Assembly (NCBI GenBank): GCA_964016885.1
Contig: OZ024745.1
Span: 15,004,001-15,068,000 of the forward strand
Length of the DNA stretch: 64,000 nt
Direction of reading: 5' to 3'
Origin: Eledone cirrhosa
Lineage: Eukaryota
The first letter of the stretch is position 1; the number at the start of each line of letters is the position of its first letter. Shown in pieces: positions 13,702 through 26,180 of this stretch. A program made the position numbers and the translations under genes. Under the pieces are notes generated by a model that worked only from the letters and a program-made list of their open reading frames with translations, ran no database searches and was not told the origin of the DNA.

Positions 13702-13788
13702 GTTCAACTATCTGGCAGATGGGTAAACGGTGCTGATGATAGCTAACAAGCTTGAAACTAGTACATCGTTCCTGTGTCAGTGTTGAAC
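13702..13788 (+). ncRNA. Hammerhead ribozyme, array copy R2
   Basis: CTGATGA at 13733, same motif as R1. Confidence 0.9.
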
Positions 13789-13922
13789 AAAAAGGTGACG
13801 TGGTTGCCTTAACACCGTATGGCATAAATTCAGGCTGTTCAGTTTGTTTACAAACGAACAAAGCGACGTTAGCGCCGCTAAACTGATACGTGCATATATG
13901 TATGTGTACCTGTATGCATATG

Positions 13923-13972
<50 letters not shown>

Positions 13973-14185
13973 CATGCTACTGTACGTCTGTATACATATA
14001 TGTATGTACGTATACATGCATACTTACATTTAAGTAAGTGCCATACTAAGAGTGAGAAATGAAATTTCGTTTTCATTTTGTTTCAATTTATCGTTTTCGG
14101 TATGCCTGACCGATTTAACTCACTCAATATGCAAATTAGGCTGCTCAGCCGTTAATTTTCATAAGGAAAGTATATACTTTCGAAC

Positions 14186-14272
14186 GTTCAACTATCTGGC
14201 AGATGGGTAAACGGTGCTGATGATAGCTAACAAGCTTGAAACTAGTACATCGTTCCTGTGTCAGTGTTGAAC
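14186..14272 (+). ncRNA. Hammerhead ribozyme, array copy R3
   Basis: CTGATGA at 14217. Confidence 0.9.
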
Positions 14273-14401
14273 AAAAAGGTGACGTGGTTGCCTTAACACC
14301 GTATGGCATAAATTCAGGCTGTTCAGTTTGTTTACAAACGAACAAAGCGACGTTAGCGCCGCTAAACTGATACGTGCATATATGTATGTGTACCTGTATG
14401 C

Positions 14402-14440
<39 letters not shown>

Positions 14441-14653
14441 CATGCTACTGTACGTCTGTATACATATATGTATGTACGTATACATGCATACTTACATTTA
14501 AGTAAGTGCCATACTAAGAGTGAGAAATGAAATTTCGTTTTCATTTTGTTTCAATTTATCGTTTTCGGTATGCCTGACCGATTTAACTCACTCAATATGC
14601 AAATTAGGCTGCTCAGCCGTTAATTTTCATAAGGAAAGTATATACTTTCGAAC

Positions 14654-14740
14654 GTTCAACTATCTGGCAGATGGGTAAACGGTGCTGATGATAGCTAACA
14701 AGCTTGAAACTAGTACATCGTTCCTGTGTCAGTGTTGAAC
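14654..14740 (+). ncRNA. Hammerhead ribozyme, array copy R4
   Basis: CTGATGA at 14685. Confidence 0.9.
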
Positions 14741-14874
14741 AAAAAGGTGACGTGGTTGCCTTAACACCGTATGGCATAAATTCAGGCTGTTCAGTTTGTT
14801 TACAAACGAACAAAGCGACGTTAGCGCCGCTAAACTGATACGTGCATATATGTATGTGTACCTGTATGCATATG

Positions 14875-14922
<48 letters not shown>

Positions 14923-15135
14923 CATGCTACTGTACGTCTGTATACATATATGTATGTACGTATACATGCATACTTACATTTAAGTAAGTGCCATACTAAG
15001 AGTGAGAAATGAAATTTCGTTTTCATTTTGTTTCAATTTATCGTTTTCGGTATGCCTGACCGATTTAACTCACTCAATATGCAAATTAGGCTGCTCAGCC
15101 GTTAATTTTCATAAGGAAAGTATATACTTTCGAAC

Positions 15136-15222
15136 GTTCAACTATCTGGCAGATGGGTAAACGGTGCTGATGATAGCTAACAAGCTTGAAACTAGTACAT
15201 CGTTCCTGTGTCAGTGTTGAAC
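15136..15222 (+). ncRNA. Hammerhead ribozyme, array copy R5
   Basis: CTGATGA at 15167. Confidence 0.9.
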
Positions 15223-15356
15223 AAAAAGGTGACGTGGTTGCCTTAACACCGTATGGCATAAATTCAGGCTGTTCAGTTTGTTTACAAACGAACAAAGCGA
15301 CGTTAGCGCCGCTAAACTGATACGTGCATATATGTATGTGTACCTGTATGCATATG

Positions 15357-15412
<56 letters not shown>

Positions 15413-15625
15413 CATGCTACTGTACGTCTGTATACATATATGTATGTACGTATACATGCATACTTACATTTAAGTAAGTGCCATACTAAGAGTGAGAAAT
15501 GAAATTTCGTTTTCATTTTGTTTCAATTTATCGTTTTCGGTATGCCTGACCGATTTAACTCACTCAATATGCAAATTAGGCTGCTCAGCCGTTAATTTTC
15601 ATAAGGAAAGTATATACTTTCGAAC

Positions 15626-15712
15626 GTTCAACTATCTGGCAGATGGGTAAACGGTGCTGATGATAGCTAACAAGCTTGAAACTAGTACATCGTTCCTGTG
15701 TCAGTGTTGAAC
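15626..15712 (+). ncRNA. Hammerhead ribozyme, array copy R6
   Basis: CTGATGA at 15657. Confidence 0.9.
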
Positions 15713-15846
15713 AAAAAGGTGACGTGGTTGCCTTAACACCGTATGGCATAAATTCAGGCTGTTCAGTTTGTTTACAAACGAACAAAGCGACGTTAGCGCC
15801 GCTAAACTGATACGTGCATATATGTATGTGTACCTGTATGCATATG

Positions 15847-15888
<42 letters not shown>

Positions 15889-16101
15889 CATGCTACTGTA
15901 CGTCTGTATACATATATGTATGTACGTATACATGCATACTTACATTTAAGTAAGTGCCATACTAAGAGTGAGAAATGAAATTTCGTTTTCATTTTGTTTC
16001 AATTTATCGTTTTCGGTATGCCTGACCGATTTAACTCACTCAATATGCAAATTAGGCTGCTCAGCCGTTAATTTTCATAAGGAAAGTATATACTTTCGAA
16101 C

Positions 16102-16188
16102 GTTCAACTATCTGGCAGATGGGTAAACGGTGCTGATGATAGCTAACAAGCTTGAAACTAGTACATCGTTCCTGTGTCAGTGTTGAAC
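16102..16188 (+). ncRNA. Hammerhead ribozyme, array copy R7
   Basis: CTGATGA at 16133. Confidence 0.9.
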
Positions 16189-16322
16189 AAAAAGGTGACG
16201 TGGTTGCCTTAACACCGTATGGCATAAATTCAGGCTGTTCAGTTTGTTTACAAACGAACAAAGCGACGTTAGCGCCGCTAAACTGATACGTGCATATATG
16301 TATGTGTACCTGTATGCATATG

Positions 16323-16366
<44 letters not shown>

Positions 16367-16579
16367 CATGCTACTGTACGTCTGTATACATATATGTATG
16401 TACGTATACATGCATACTTACATTTAAGTAAGTGCCATACTAAGAGTGAGAAATGAAATTTCGTTTTCATTTTGTTTCAATTTATCGTTTTCGGTATGCC
16501 TGACCGATTTAACTCACTCAATATGCAAATTAGGCTGCTCAGCCGTTAATTTTCATAAGGAAAGTATATACTTTCGAAC

Positions 16580-16666
16580 GTTCAACTATCTGGCAGATGG
16601 GTAAACGGTGCTGATGATAGCTAACAAGCTTGAAACTAGTACATCGTTCCTGTGTCAGTGTTGAAC
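16580..16666 (+). ncRNA. Hammerhead ribozyme, array copy R8
   Basis: CTGATGA at 16611. Confidence 0.9.
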
Positions 16667-16800
16667 AAAAAGGTGACGTGGTTGCCTTAACACCGTATGG
16701 CATAAATTCAGGCTGTTCAGTTTGTTTACAAACGAACAAAGCGACGTTAGCGCCGCTAAACTGATACGTGCATATATGTATGTGTACCTGTATGCATATG

Positions 16801-16838
<38 letters not shown>

Positions 16839-16953
16839 CATGCTACTGTACGTCTGTATACATATATGTATGTACGTATACATGCATACTTACATTTAAG
16901 TAAGTGCCATACTAAGAGTGAGAAATGAAATTTCGTTTTCATTTTGTTTCAAT

Positions 16954-16993
<40 letters not shown>

Positions 16994-16995
16994 AT

Positions 16996-17070
<75 letters not shown>

Positions 17071-17141
17071 CATATATATATATGTGTGTGAGTGTATATA
17101 TACACATATATATACATACATATATATATATATATAGATAT

Positions 17142-17207
<66 letters not shown>

Positions 17208-17209
<2 letters not shown>

Positions 17210-17700
17210 ATTTCTTTATTAGCCACGAGGGCACAAAAGAAGGGGACAAATACAAATGGGGAGTTTACATACAAGTATATGAAAATAAAACTATTAATAA
17301 AACAACAATTAAAATCTCCAATAGGGGGAGGCGTTACACAGGGGTTGTACACACCCCGAAAAAAATGTGCAACCCTCATCTCCAGGAGCACCAAGAGTGA
17401 GTAATACCTTCCTATCTTCCTCTTTTCCCTCAACCTACAGGCTTATATAGAGAGAAGGCCCAACCGCCCGGTCCATCTTTGTCACATTCACCCACCTTTC
17501 ATAAAATTTGCTGGGGTTCAGCACCTCTCTCTCCATCCTGATTCTTCTTCCAAAATGATATTTGAAAAAACGAGTTGCAAACCGACGGCTTTGTCCCGGT
17601 TCAGCTTCGCTCCTGTGAACCTTTCGTATTCCTTCAGCAAGGTGCCGACCTCCCCGATTTGCGAGGTGCTCGACACCATTACTGTCACGTCGTCGGCGTA
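17208..17700 (-). mobile_element. L1/Tx1-type LINE fragment, internally deleted, inside (GATA)n
   Basis: YADDVTVMVSS...GAKLNRDKAVGLQL matches the 57073-57261 peptide. It joins directly to the C-terminal region and a GGCTAATAAAG 3' end. Confidence 0.85.
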
Positions 17701-17725
17701 GATATATATATATATAGATAGATAT

Positions 17726-17760
<35 letters not shown>

Positions 17761-17804
17761 CCACCCGCAAAAAGACATGTAACAAACAAGCTAAAACACA
17801 CACA

Positions 17805-17916
<112 letters not shown>

Positions 17917-18103
17917 CACACATCACTACAAACAAATATGTATATATAACTGAAAGGTCCCGTTAAGGGTGAAAGCAGCGATTCTTTGCTTAAACTTTAA
18001 TCTGTTATTTTAATAAATATTTGCGCTTGGGTTTTTATATATTTGATATATATTTATCCTTATCGAGCCCTCTTTGGATTTTAGTCTTTACATTTATTAT
18101 TAT

Positions 18104-18134
<31 letters not shown>

Positions 18135-18734
18135 GGTATTGAAGACTTTAGTAGTTGCTACTTTATGACTACACCTCTCTCTCTATATACACAAGAGTTC
18201 ATTTACAGCCTCCTTCTCAACAAGGAGGATGAAAAAAACTTACCTCAAAACTTAATTTTAAATCTTTAATTTTTAGTTTTTAATTCTTATTAATTCTCTT
18301 TAATTGTAATACTCAACATTTGATAAGATAATTTTACTATTACATCGAAACCGGTAATACTTTATATACTTTATATACATTATATACATTATAAAACTCC
18401 TTTTTAAAAGAATTGTCCCTCTCATTATTGTTCAATATCATTTTGACGAATCAAACAAAGGAAATAAAAGAAAAGCAGACCCATAAATATATTTTCCGTG
18501 CTATTTCCAATTTCACCTTTTCTCTATAACCACTGTACGTAACCTTACTTCCCTTTTCATATATATATACGATATCCATCTGAACTCCTGATTATTCCTT
18601 TAACACAATTGAGATACACACACATATATACCCGACTCTTTATAATATATATATATATGTTATAGAATACTATTAGCTTCTCGCTAAAACAATTTCTATA
18701 CCTTTCATTTATATATATATATATATATATATAG

Positions 18735-18766
<32 letters not shown>

Positions 18767-18785
18767 CTATATATATATATATATA

Positions 18786-18847
<62 letters not shown>

Positions 18848-18849
18848 GT

Positions 18850-18891
<42 letters not shown>

Positions 18892-18913
18892 ATATATATA
18901 ACTATATATATAT

Positions 18914-19046
<133 letters not shown>

Positions 19047-19162
19047 GAGGTGAATTTTATTGTAGCACAATAAAGCAATGCAAATATCGATAACATTTTT
19101 CATATGTTAATTTAACACTTCACTGCTCGCAAGTGTTTTTTAAGCTTCATATCATGTCTCCC

Positions 19163-19233
19163 TATTTTATCTGATGAAAACGCAAATATCATCCCATGAT
19201 GATATTTGTTTTTGAAATGCGCATAATAAAATA
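19163..19233 (+). ncRNA. Type I hammerhead ribozyme with an AUA triplet
   Basis: tattttat-CTGATGA-aaacgcaaatatcatc-ccat-gatgatatttgttttt-GAAA-TGCGCA-TA-ataaaata. Stem I is a perfect 8 bp; stem III is palindromic. Confidence 0.8.
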
Positions 19234-19265
19234 CTTGGAACTCTTTTAACCATCTTTTGATCCTA

Positions 19266-21200
19266 TATATATATTATAAAGAGTCGAGACCCTACGGCTG
19301 AGCTCTTGCTGTTTCAACGGCTAGTTCCACTTGCTGTTGAAACGGCAAGAGCTCAGCCGTCAGGTCCCGACTCTTTATAATATAACTATACCCTACTACC
19401 CAAGGTTCGTGTACTCTATTGAGCAATGGTCTAACCAATTTCTTAGTTTACAGAGTTAAGTTATATTTATCGTTTAGTCTAAAATCTCCTTTCAAATTAT
19501 ATTCTAATTGTAGTATATGGAAAAATTATTTTATTTATGATTTTAGAGTATCATATATTACATATGTTCTAAGATAAAAATTTTATGTATATATTTTGAT
19601 AACATTTCTTATACCTATGTATAAATTTGATGATATTAGGTATTTGTATGTATGTATTTACAATGCCTATAAAGACTATTAGAAAAATGTTCAACAAACA
19701 TCAAAAATACCTTCAAAAATATAATTAAAAACATCACAAAAAAAACTCACAAAACATGGCGAAGGCATATAAAATTTAATTGGGTAAGATATAGAGACTA
19801 TATATCGTATTTTCTATAGATTATAGATACTTCTAAAAGTCTTGGATTGTTGATGCAAACAAGAATTAAATAATTCTTTCTTTTTATTTATAGAATTTTT
19901 TTTATTGGTAATTATGTGAAAAATGTCTTCAATGCATAGATGACAAATTCTTGAGAAAGCCATATTCTGGTATGTGGGCGCTTTCCAAATCGTTCTCCAA
20001 GAGATTGAATAATCAATATTATTGTCTTTTAAGGACCAAATTAAATGTGAAAGTGATGTTGACAATTTTTTGTCCGAGCTATTAAATGTGTGTTTGTGAT
20101 TATACCAGCGTTCCTTATATTTTGTAGAAGTGGCCCCTATATAGTTATATAATTTATCTCTAGTTATATATAGTTATATATAGTTATATATAGTTATATA
20201 AAGTTTTTATCTAGACAATTATTCTGTAAAGGGCAACATAATTTGTTTCTAGAGTTGTTGTCTATAGGAACGGTATGATTATTATTAGTATTGCTATTAG
20301 TAATATTATTATTGCTATTGGGGTTTATTTGGGTTGGGTTTAATTTTAAGTTTCTATTATTAATGTTATTAATATTTTGTGCTATATTCATAGTAGTAGA
20401 GTAAGATAGTTTGATTGTATGCCTGTTAAAATAGAGTGGTATCTATGGGATTTAGGAAATCACTTATCTAATGCTTTGAAAAATAGGTTTCCTAAAGGTG
20501 TTTTAATACCTAAGGAGATTGGAGGAGAGTACCAAATAATATTGCTAGTTCTAGCTTTTTTGTTTGATTTACTATTTAGGTTAATTTGCTTATTATTAAT
20601 ATTAATATTTAGGAGGATTTTGTATACTATTATCTATGTATTTAATTTTATTCGTGTAACCAGCTCTCATTGTAATATTCTGCATTATTATCAAATATAT
20701 TTTTATTGGCTGAAATGCGTGATATTCTTTGCTGGACGCTATTGACTATAACATTTTTGACATTTCTAGGGTGGTTAGAATTGAAGCTTAGATAATTTAG
20801 GTTTTCATTAATCTTATGGAAAGGATAATTGAGTTAAGGTTTAAAGTGACATCTAAGAAATTAACAATTTTATTATCATTTTCAATTTCTAATTTAAGGT
20901 TATAATTATTAAAACATTCTATGATAATTTTCTTTTCATACTAAGTTCACTATTGCTATGCTTATCAACTATAAGTAACATATCGTCGCGATATAAACCT
21001 CCGATCATCTCCGGCATTTTTCTATGAAATACGTTAAGAATAAATATTCCAACGAGGTCCGTTACCTGCGCTGAGTCAGATGATCCCATTGTGATATCAA
21101 AGTTGTTCTGTCTATCAGCGGTATTCCAAAGGTGGTTGTTGAATTCAATAAGAGTTTTACGTGCAGTTAAAATATTGTTTATCAATAAATAACTCATTGC
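19266..21200 (-). mobile_element. Penelope-like element (Naiad-type), 5'-truncated, decayed
   Basis: 20919-21197 DITMGSSDSAQVTDLVG...GLYRDD; 20194-20391 CCPLQNNC linker; 19814-20065 TSLSHLIWSLKD...CHLC...SCLH. Confidence 0.88.
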
Positions 21201-21213
21201 TTATATATATATA

Positions 21214-21311
<98 letters not shown>

Positions 21312-21954
21312 TACTAATGCAAGCAAATAGATGTCATATAAATATTAGAGTAAAAGTAGTTTAAGAGATTGAAAGATAAAATGGTGGAAGCAGTCCATGG
21401 GGCTGTAAAGACGTGTATTAAGGCGTTGTAGGGAAAATATATCCAGATTGGTGCACATATGTTTATAGTCCAACGCAGTTTCTGATGTTATGTTAAAACG
21501 AATTATTGTTTAGGTTTTAGATATCATGAATTTATTGGTAAAAGCAGGAAGAATGATTTACTAAAGGAAATATAAAATAAAAATCATTTGAATAATTTTA
21601 ACGTCTGATTTCAAACATGGTATAATATTTTCTCTGAAATAGTGTACAAATTTTGATGTTTGTAGAAATGAAGGTAGAAAAACAGCTACAAAGACACTTT
21701 GTAATTCTGAATTCCTTTATCCATTTTCAATAAACAAAAACAGAAGACTTCACAAATGTATTTCTTTTAGATGTGGGTCTATGAATACAAACGAAATCTA
21801 CAGAGAGGAAATGAATATTTCGTGACTAAAGTAAGTGAGTATATATACATATATGCATGTGTGTGTTTATATATATATATACACACACACATGCATATAT
21901 GTATATATATATATATATATATATAAATATATATGCATGTATGTATATATATAA

Positions 21955-22014
<60 letters not shown>

Positions 22015-22042
22015 GCATATATGTATATATTTATATACATAT

Positions 22043-22124
<82 letters not shown>

Positions 22125-22162
22125 TATACATACATGCATATATATATATATGTATATATATA

Positions 22163-22259
<97 letters not shown>

Positions 22260-22529
22260 ATATATAATATATAATATATATAGATGTATATATATATATA
22301 TTACAACAGAGGTTATAATATTTATTGATGCTGTTCACTGCTTTCGCAGCTCATAAATTTTAATTTGGCAGGCAGTGATATATTATTGTTAGATTCTCGT
22401 CATTCAGAGAGCAACAAACATGGCAAGCCAAACGTGCTTTTCGTTTGAGTCAGGCAAATTTATAGTTTTGCGAATTATAGATATCAATAGCAGCATATCG
22501 AAGCAAAAAGAAACACAAGTTTATATATT

Positions 22530-22560
<31 letters not shown>

Positions 22561-24449
22561 ATGTGTGTGCGCGTAAGTGCGTGTGTGTGTGTGTGTATGC
22601 CTATGTGTGTTTGTGTGCGTGTGTGTGTGTGTAAAGTAACCGTTAAGAGCGACCGAAAAATAAAGATTTTATGCTAATCTTTCCGGAAGCGAAATAAAAA
22701 AATGTCCGGAAAGTATATTTTTTGTATGTAACATTTCTCACAAGATATAAAATAGAGTATCAATAAAATAGTTACCCTTTAAGAACTCTGCTGAAGCATA
22801 TAGCCTAACAGTGAATTTAATCTTAACATATAATGTGTCATTGCGTGAGGTTCTACAATATAAAAACCATCCATTAACATCTAAAAAACGAAACATACGC
22901 TATATTTTATGTACATAATTTCCTACGTTTAATAGTTCTACATATTTCTTAGTGTTCACTAAGATTGGCAAGGGCTGTTTATATGATTCTCCATAAATTT
23001 TACATCAATAGTAGTTCATTGTTTATGTTTAAATATTTACTGTCACCCTTCCTGTAATATACGATTTTGCAGTAATACATGTTACTTTATCAATTCCATC
23101 CTTCCTATCAACGAACATCTGTAGAAGCATTAATGCTTTTGCTCAAAATACATAATAATAAAAAAATGAAATTTACTCTTTTAGAATTAAAATTATTCTG
23201 ATCGCACAATTTCTTTCCATTTTCAATTCCTGTGATTTTTGTGCAAACATCCTTTATATTACATCAGCTTATTCTTTTTCTTACATAGGTCTGCGTATTT
23301 TATACTTAGTTGTTCTCAATAAAAGACACTAAATATGTCCTAAAGAGGAAACAAAAATTATCTAACTTCATACTGAAGGTTAAAAGCTTTAGAGCCTTGT
23401 AATGAAAAGTTAAAATATTAATGAATAGTACTTGGTAAAAAGGGTCAGATGATAAGAAAATAGCCGGCAGTTTAGAGTTCGATGTATAGGAAATACAGGA
23501 AAGACTCATGACTAGACTTTACGAAACTCGGCACAGAGTTGTAATACAAATGGTTCACGGCAGCTGGGTTTGTCACCCCCACGTGGGTCACTTCAGAATA
23601 CTACAGATATCTTTCTACCAGCAAAATTGAAGCATAACATTGAAGGCGCAAATACAAATTCTCGGAGATTAACGGATACCAAAATATAAATAGTATTCTA
23701 GTGAAGATATGAGATGTAATATTATAGTGACATGTAGTGACATGTAGTGACATGTGGTAACATGTATTGACATGCATTGTTGCGATATATGATGTTGGTA
23801 TGTGGTGCAGTAATAGTAAAATGTGTAGTTGTAGCTGTGATGTGTGACATTGTAGTGGTGGTAAGTATTGCTATAGATGCGTATACCTCTCTTTACACTG
23901 AACTGTAAACATACCTATGATAGAGCTTTCGTAGGTGTGTGTGCATATGTTTTTGTGTGTGTGTGAATTGTCTCATTTTTTGCGCTGTTATTTGGGATGA
24001 ACGTCTGATAATGCAAAACTATGCTCTTTTGTTTTCTGTGGATGTTCTTATTTTAGTTGTTTCTTGCTTCAAAATATTCCAGCCTTTGCATAAATAGTTT
24101 TCATCACTATATTAAGAGGGCTCTTTAAGATTACGTCAACAGATACCGCCTATTCTTACGCGTGTATATATATAGTACAGTCAATTTTTCCCATGCACAA
24201 CTTAATGTATGCAAAACAGAACAAAATAAAAGACGTCACGTCGTGAATGGGGGAGGAGGATAAGGGTGTGAAGAATTCTATACGCTGTAATACGACAAGA
24301 AGAAAATACTTCTCACGAAAGAAACAAGATTGAATATTAGATAACTTATATAATACCATCCAAAAATGGCAGGATTTACAGTAAAAACAATATTTAATTT
24401 AATAACTGGTTGATGGCAACATTCCTTCCACATTTTCGTTAATCATTAT

Positions 24450-24850
24450 TGGTAGAGGGTTGGACGCCATGCTTTGACGCATAGAGTTACGGCCCTTGCT
24501 ATTCTGAGTTCAAATCCCGCCGAGGTTAACTTTGCCTTTCATGCTTACGGGGTCGATAAAATAAAGTACCAGTAATGCACTGGGTAATTGCTGGCCTTGT
24601 GCCAAAAGTAGAAACAATTATTAAACATATATCCCGGTGGATATAAGGCGGTGGATTGGCAGTGTCTGTAGAGGGTCGGACGCCATGCTTTGACGCAAAG
24701 AGTTACGGCCCTTTCCATTCTGAGTTCAAATCCCGCTGAGGTTAACTTTGCCTTTCATCCATACGGGGGGGGGGGGGGGTCAGTAAAATGAAGTACCAGT
24801 AATACACTGGGTAATTTCTGGCATTGTGCCAAACGTAGAAACAATTATTA
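24450..24850 (+). mobile_element. Two tandem tRNA-derived SINEs with a Nin-like domain
   Basis: A-box-like TGGCAG...GG, B-box GAGTTCAAATCCC, core GCCTTTCATCCTTACGGGGTCGATAAAATAAAGTACCAG, TTA-type tail. Confidence 0.88.
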
Positions 24851-24954
24851 AACATATATCCCATAAATTACGATACCCTTGTTCTATTTATGAATCTACT
24901 CACATACTTACCAACCTACCTACCTAACAACCTACCTATCTATCTGCAAACTAT

Positions 24955-25310
24955 CTTTGAAAGGTCGAGCGGAGGTGGTGAACGCTTATATAGCGTCCGT
25001 CATCTACTACTGCTTGACCGTCGTGCCTTGCCCAGCGAAAACGCTAACCAAAATGGAGCGCTCGTTCTTCCAATTCCTCTGGAAGAAGCGGGCCCCTTTG
25101 GTGAGAAGATCCATCTGCAGTCAACACGCTTCTAACGGAGGGCTGGGGATGCCGTGGCTGACGATGCGTAAACACGCACTAAGGCTACGGCACCTCCAGG
25201 TATTCCTCCCCGGTCAACCGGTTGGGCCCCGTTTGTGAGGCGAGCCTTTCCACGACTCGTCTCGCTCACCGAGCTGCAATCCTGGGTCAAGCAAAGACCG
25301 GGAAACGTGA
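24955..25310 (+). mobile_element. L1/Tx1 ORF2 fragment (post-RT region)
   Basis: KGRAEVVNAYIASVIYY...FLWK...GGLGMP, homologous to 57390-57720. Confidence 0.85.
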
Positions 25311-25535
25311 TGACGAGGGGGCTTCGTCCGTTGTGGTGTCTGTTTGATTGGGGAGGGGTACGTTTTGGGGAGCTATTGTGCTTGTGGGTGTTTTTGGAGT
25401 TGTTTAGGTTAGGAGGGGTTGGGTGGGACTGTGTTTGCTGTTTGGTTTGTATTTTGTTATTTATGTGTGTTGTTGTTGTTGTTGTGGTGGTGGTGGTTGT
25501 GTTGTTGTGTTAGGTGTCGGCAGTGGTGCCTTTTT

Positions 25536-26180
25536 TTATGCAATTAATTGAGGACAGGAAGTCCTCAGGTGACCACTGCTGAAACACTGGTAACATGAAG
25601 GCTGCTTACCCTCAACAGAAATGTTTATGTAGGAATTTCCATCCAGAGGCATACGTTGTGGTATTCTAGCTATCCGTTCTGGTCTCATTTGGACCAGAAC
25701 TTCTAAGCTTGTACCGTTGAATATGCCCCTGGAGGACCTTCCTACCGAAATCAGTGTATCTTCATCAAAATTGATGAAACCAGCTAATATCCACCAGATG
25801 TTTACATTTGGTGTGATATTTGTTACTCTTATTTTTGGGGTCCCTTTTCCCATATATGTGGGGGAAAAGCTGTAGAGGGGGTGGGGGGTGGACACAATTG
25901 GCGACACAGAATATTTATGTGCCGTCAATTGGACTTTCATTATTATTGATAAGCTCCCGACGAGTTTTCCCTTCTGTATGAAGGTAATGTCCTTCATGGA
26001 GTTTCTTAGAACCAGCTCAATTTTGTTTTGAGTTAATGGAGCTGGTTTTCTGGTGGTATTTGAGATTGTTCTGAAAACTATAGTTTTCAGGACAGTGTCT
26101 CTACGCAATTCTTGGGGAGAAGTGATGTTAAAAGCGCCATTCTCCCTAAAAGTTATATATTGCTTGGCATCTCTTAGCAA
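25536..26180 (-). CDS. L1/Tx1 ORF1 (gag-like) with CCHC zinc knuckle; element remnant extends to about 26720
   Basis: CYQCFSSGHLRTSC knuckle. PTYMGK...KIRVTNI...NIWWIL is homologous to 56330-56580. Confidence 0.75.
   Translation of the reverse strand: MLRDAKQYITFRENGAFNITSPQELRRDTVLKTIVFRTISNTTRKPAPLTQNKIELVLRNSMKDITFIQKGKLVGSLSIIMKVQLTAHKYSVSPIVSTPHPLYSFSPTYMGKGTPKIRVTNITPNVNIWWILAGFINFDEDTLISVGRSSRGIFNGTSLEVLVQMRPERIARIPQRMPLDGNSYINISVEGKQPSCYQCFSSGHLRTSCPQLIA

Larger units (their letters stand above)
12079..16957. mobile_element. Hammerhead-containing tandem array (retrozyme-like), unit 468-490 bp, two head-to-head arms joined at about 13212
   Basis: About 2.4 units with ribozyme sense on minus (12079-13212) and about 7.8 units with sense on plus (13212-16957). 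Units appear identical by eye except in the TA tract. (TA)n flanks both ends. Confidence 0.9.

Noticed and set aside
12090-16942. Repeated 100-200-aa ORFs (MKTKFHFSLL..., ...QPEFMPYGVK...) in the array
   Set aside because: The frame changes from unit to unit with TA length, there is no recognisable domain, and they lie antisense to the ribozyme.
12079-16957. Array as CRISPR, 5S, tRNA or snRNA gene cluster
   Set aside because: There are no unique spacers, and no 5S, tRNA or spliceosomal snRNA sequence was recognised in the unit.
18320-18360. Hammerhead-like TTGATAA-gat...atc-GAAACCGGTA
   Set aside because: Two core changes and no stem I; at best a dead remnant.
24647-24740. tRNA genes at A-box/B-box sites
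   Set aside because: These are SINE heads with no cloverleaf, followed by the SINE body.
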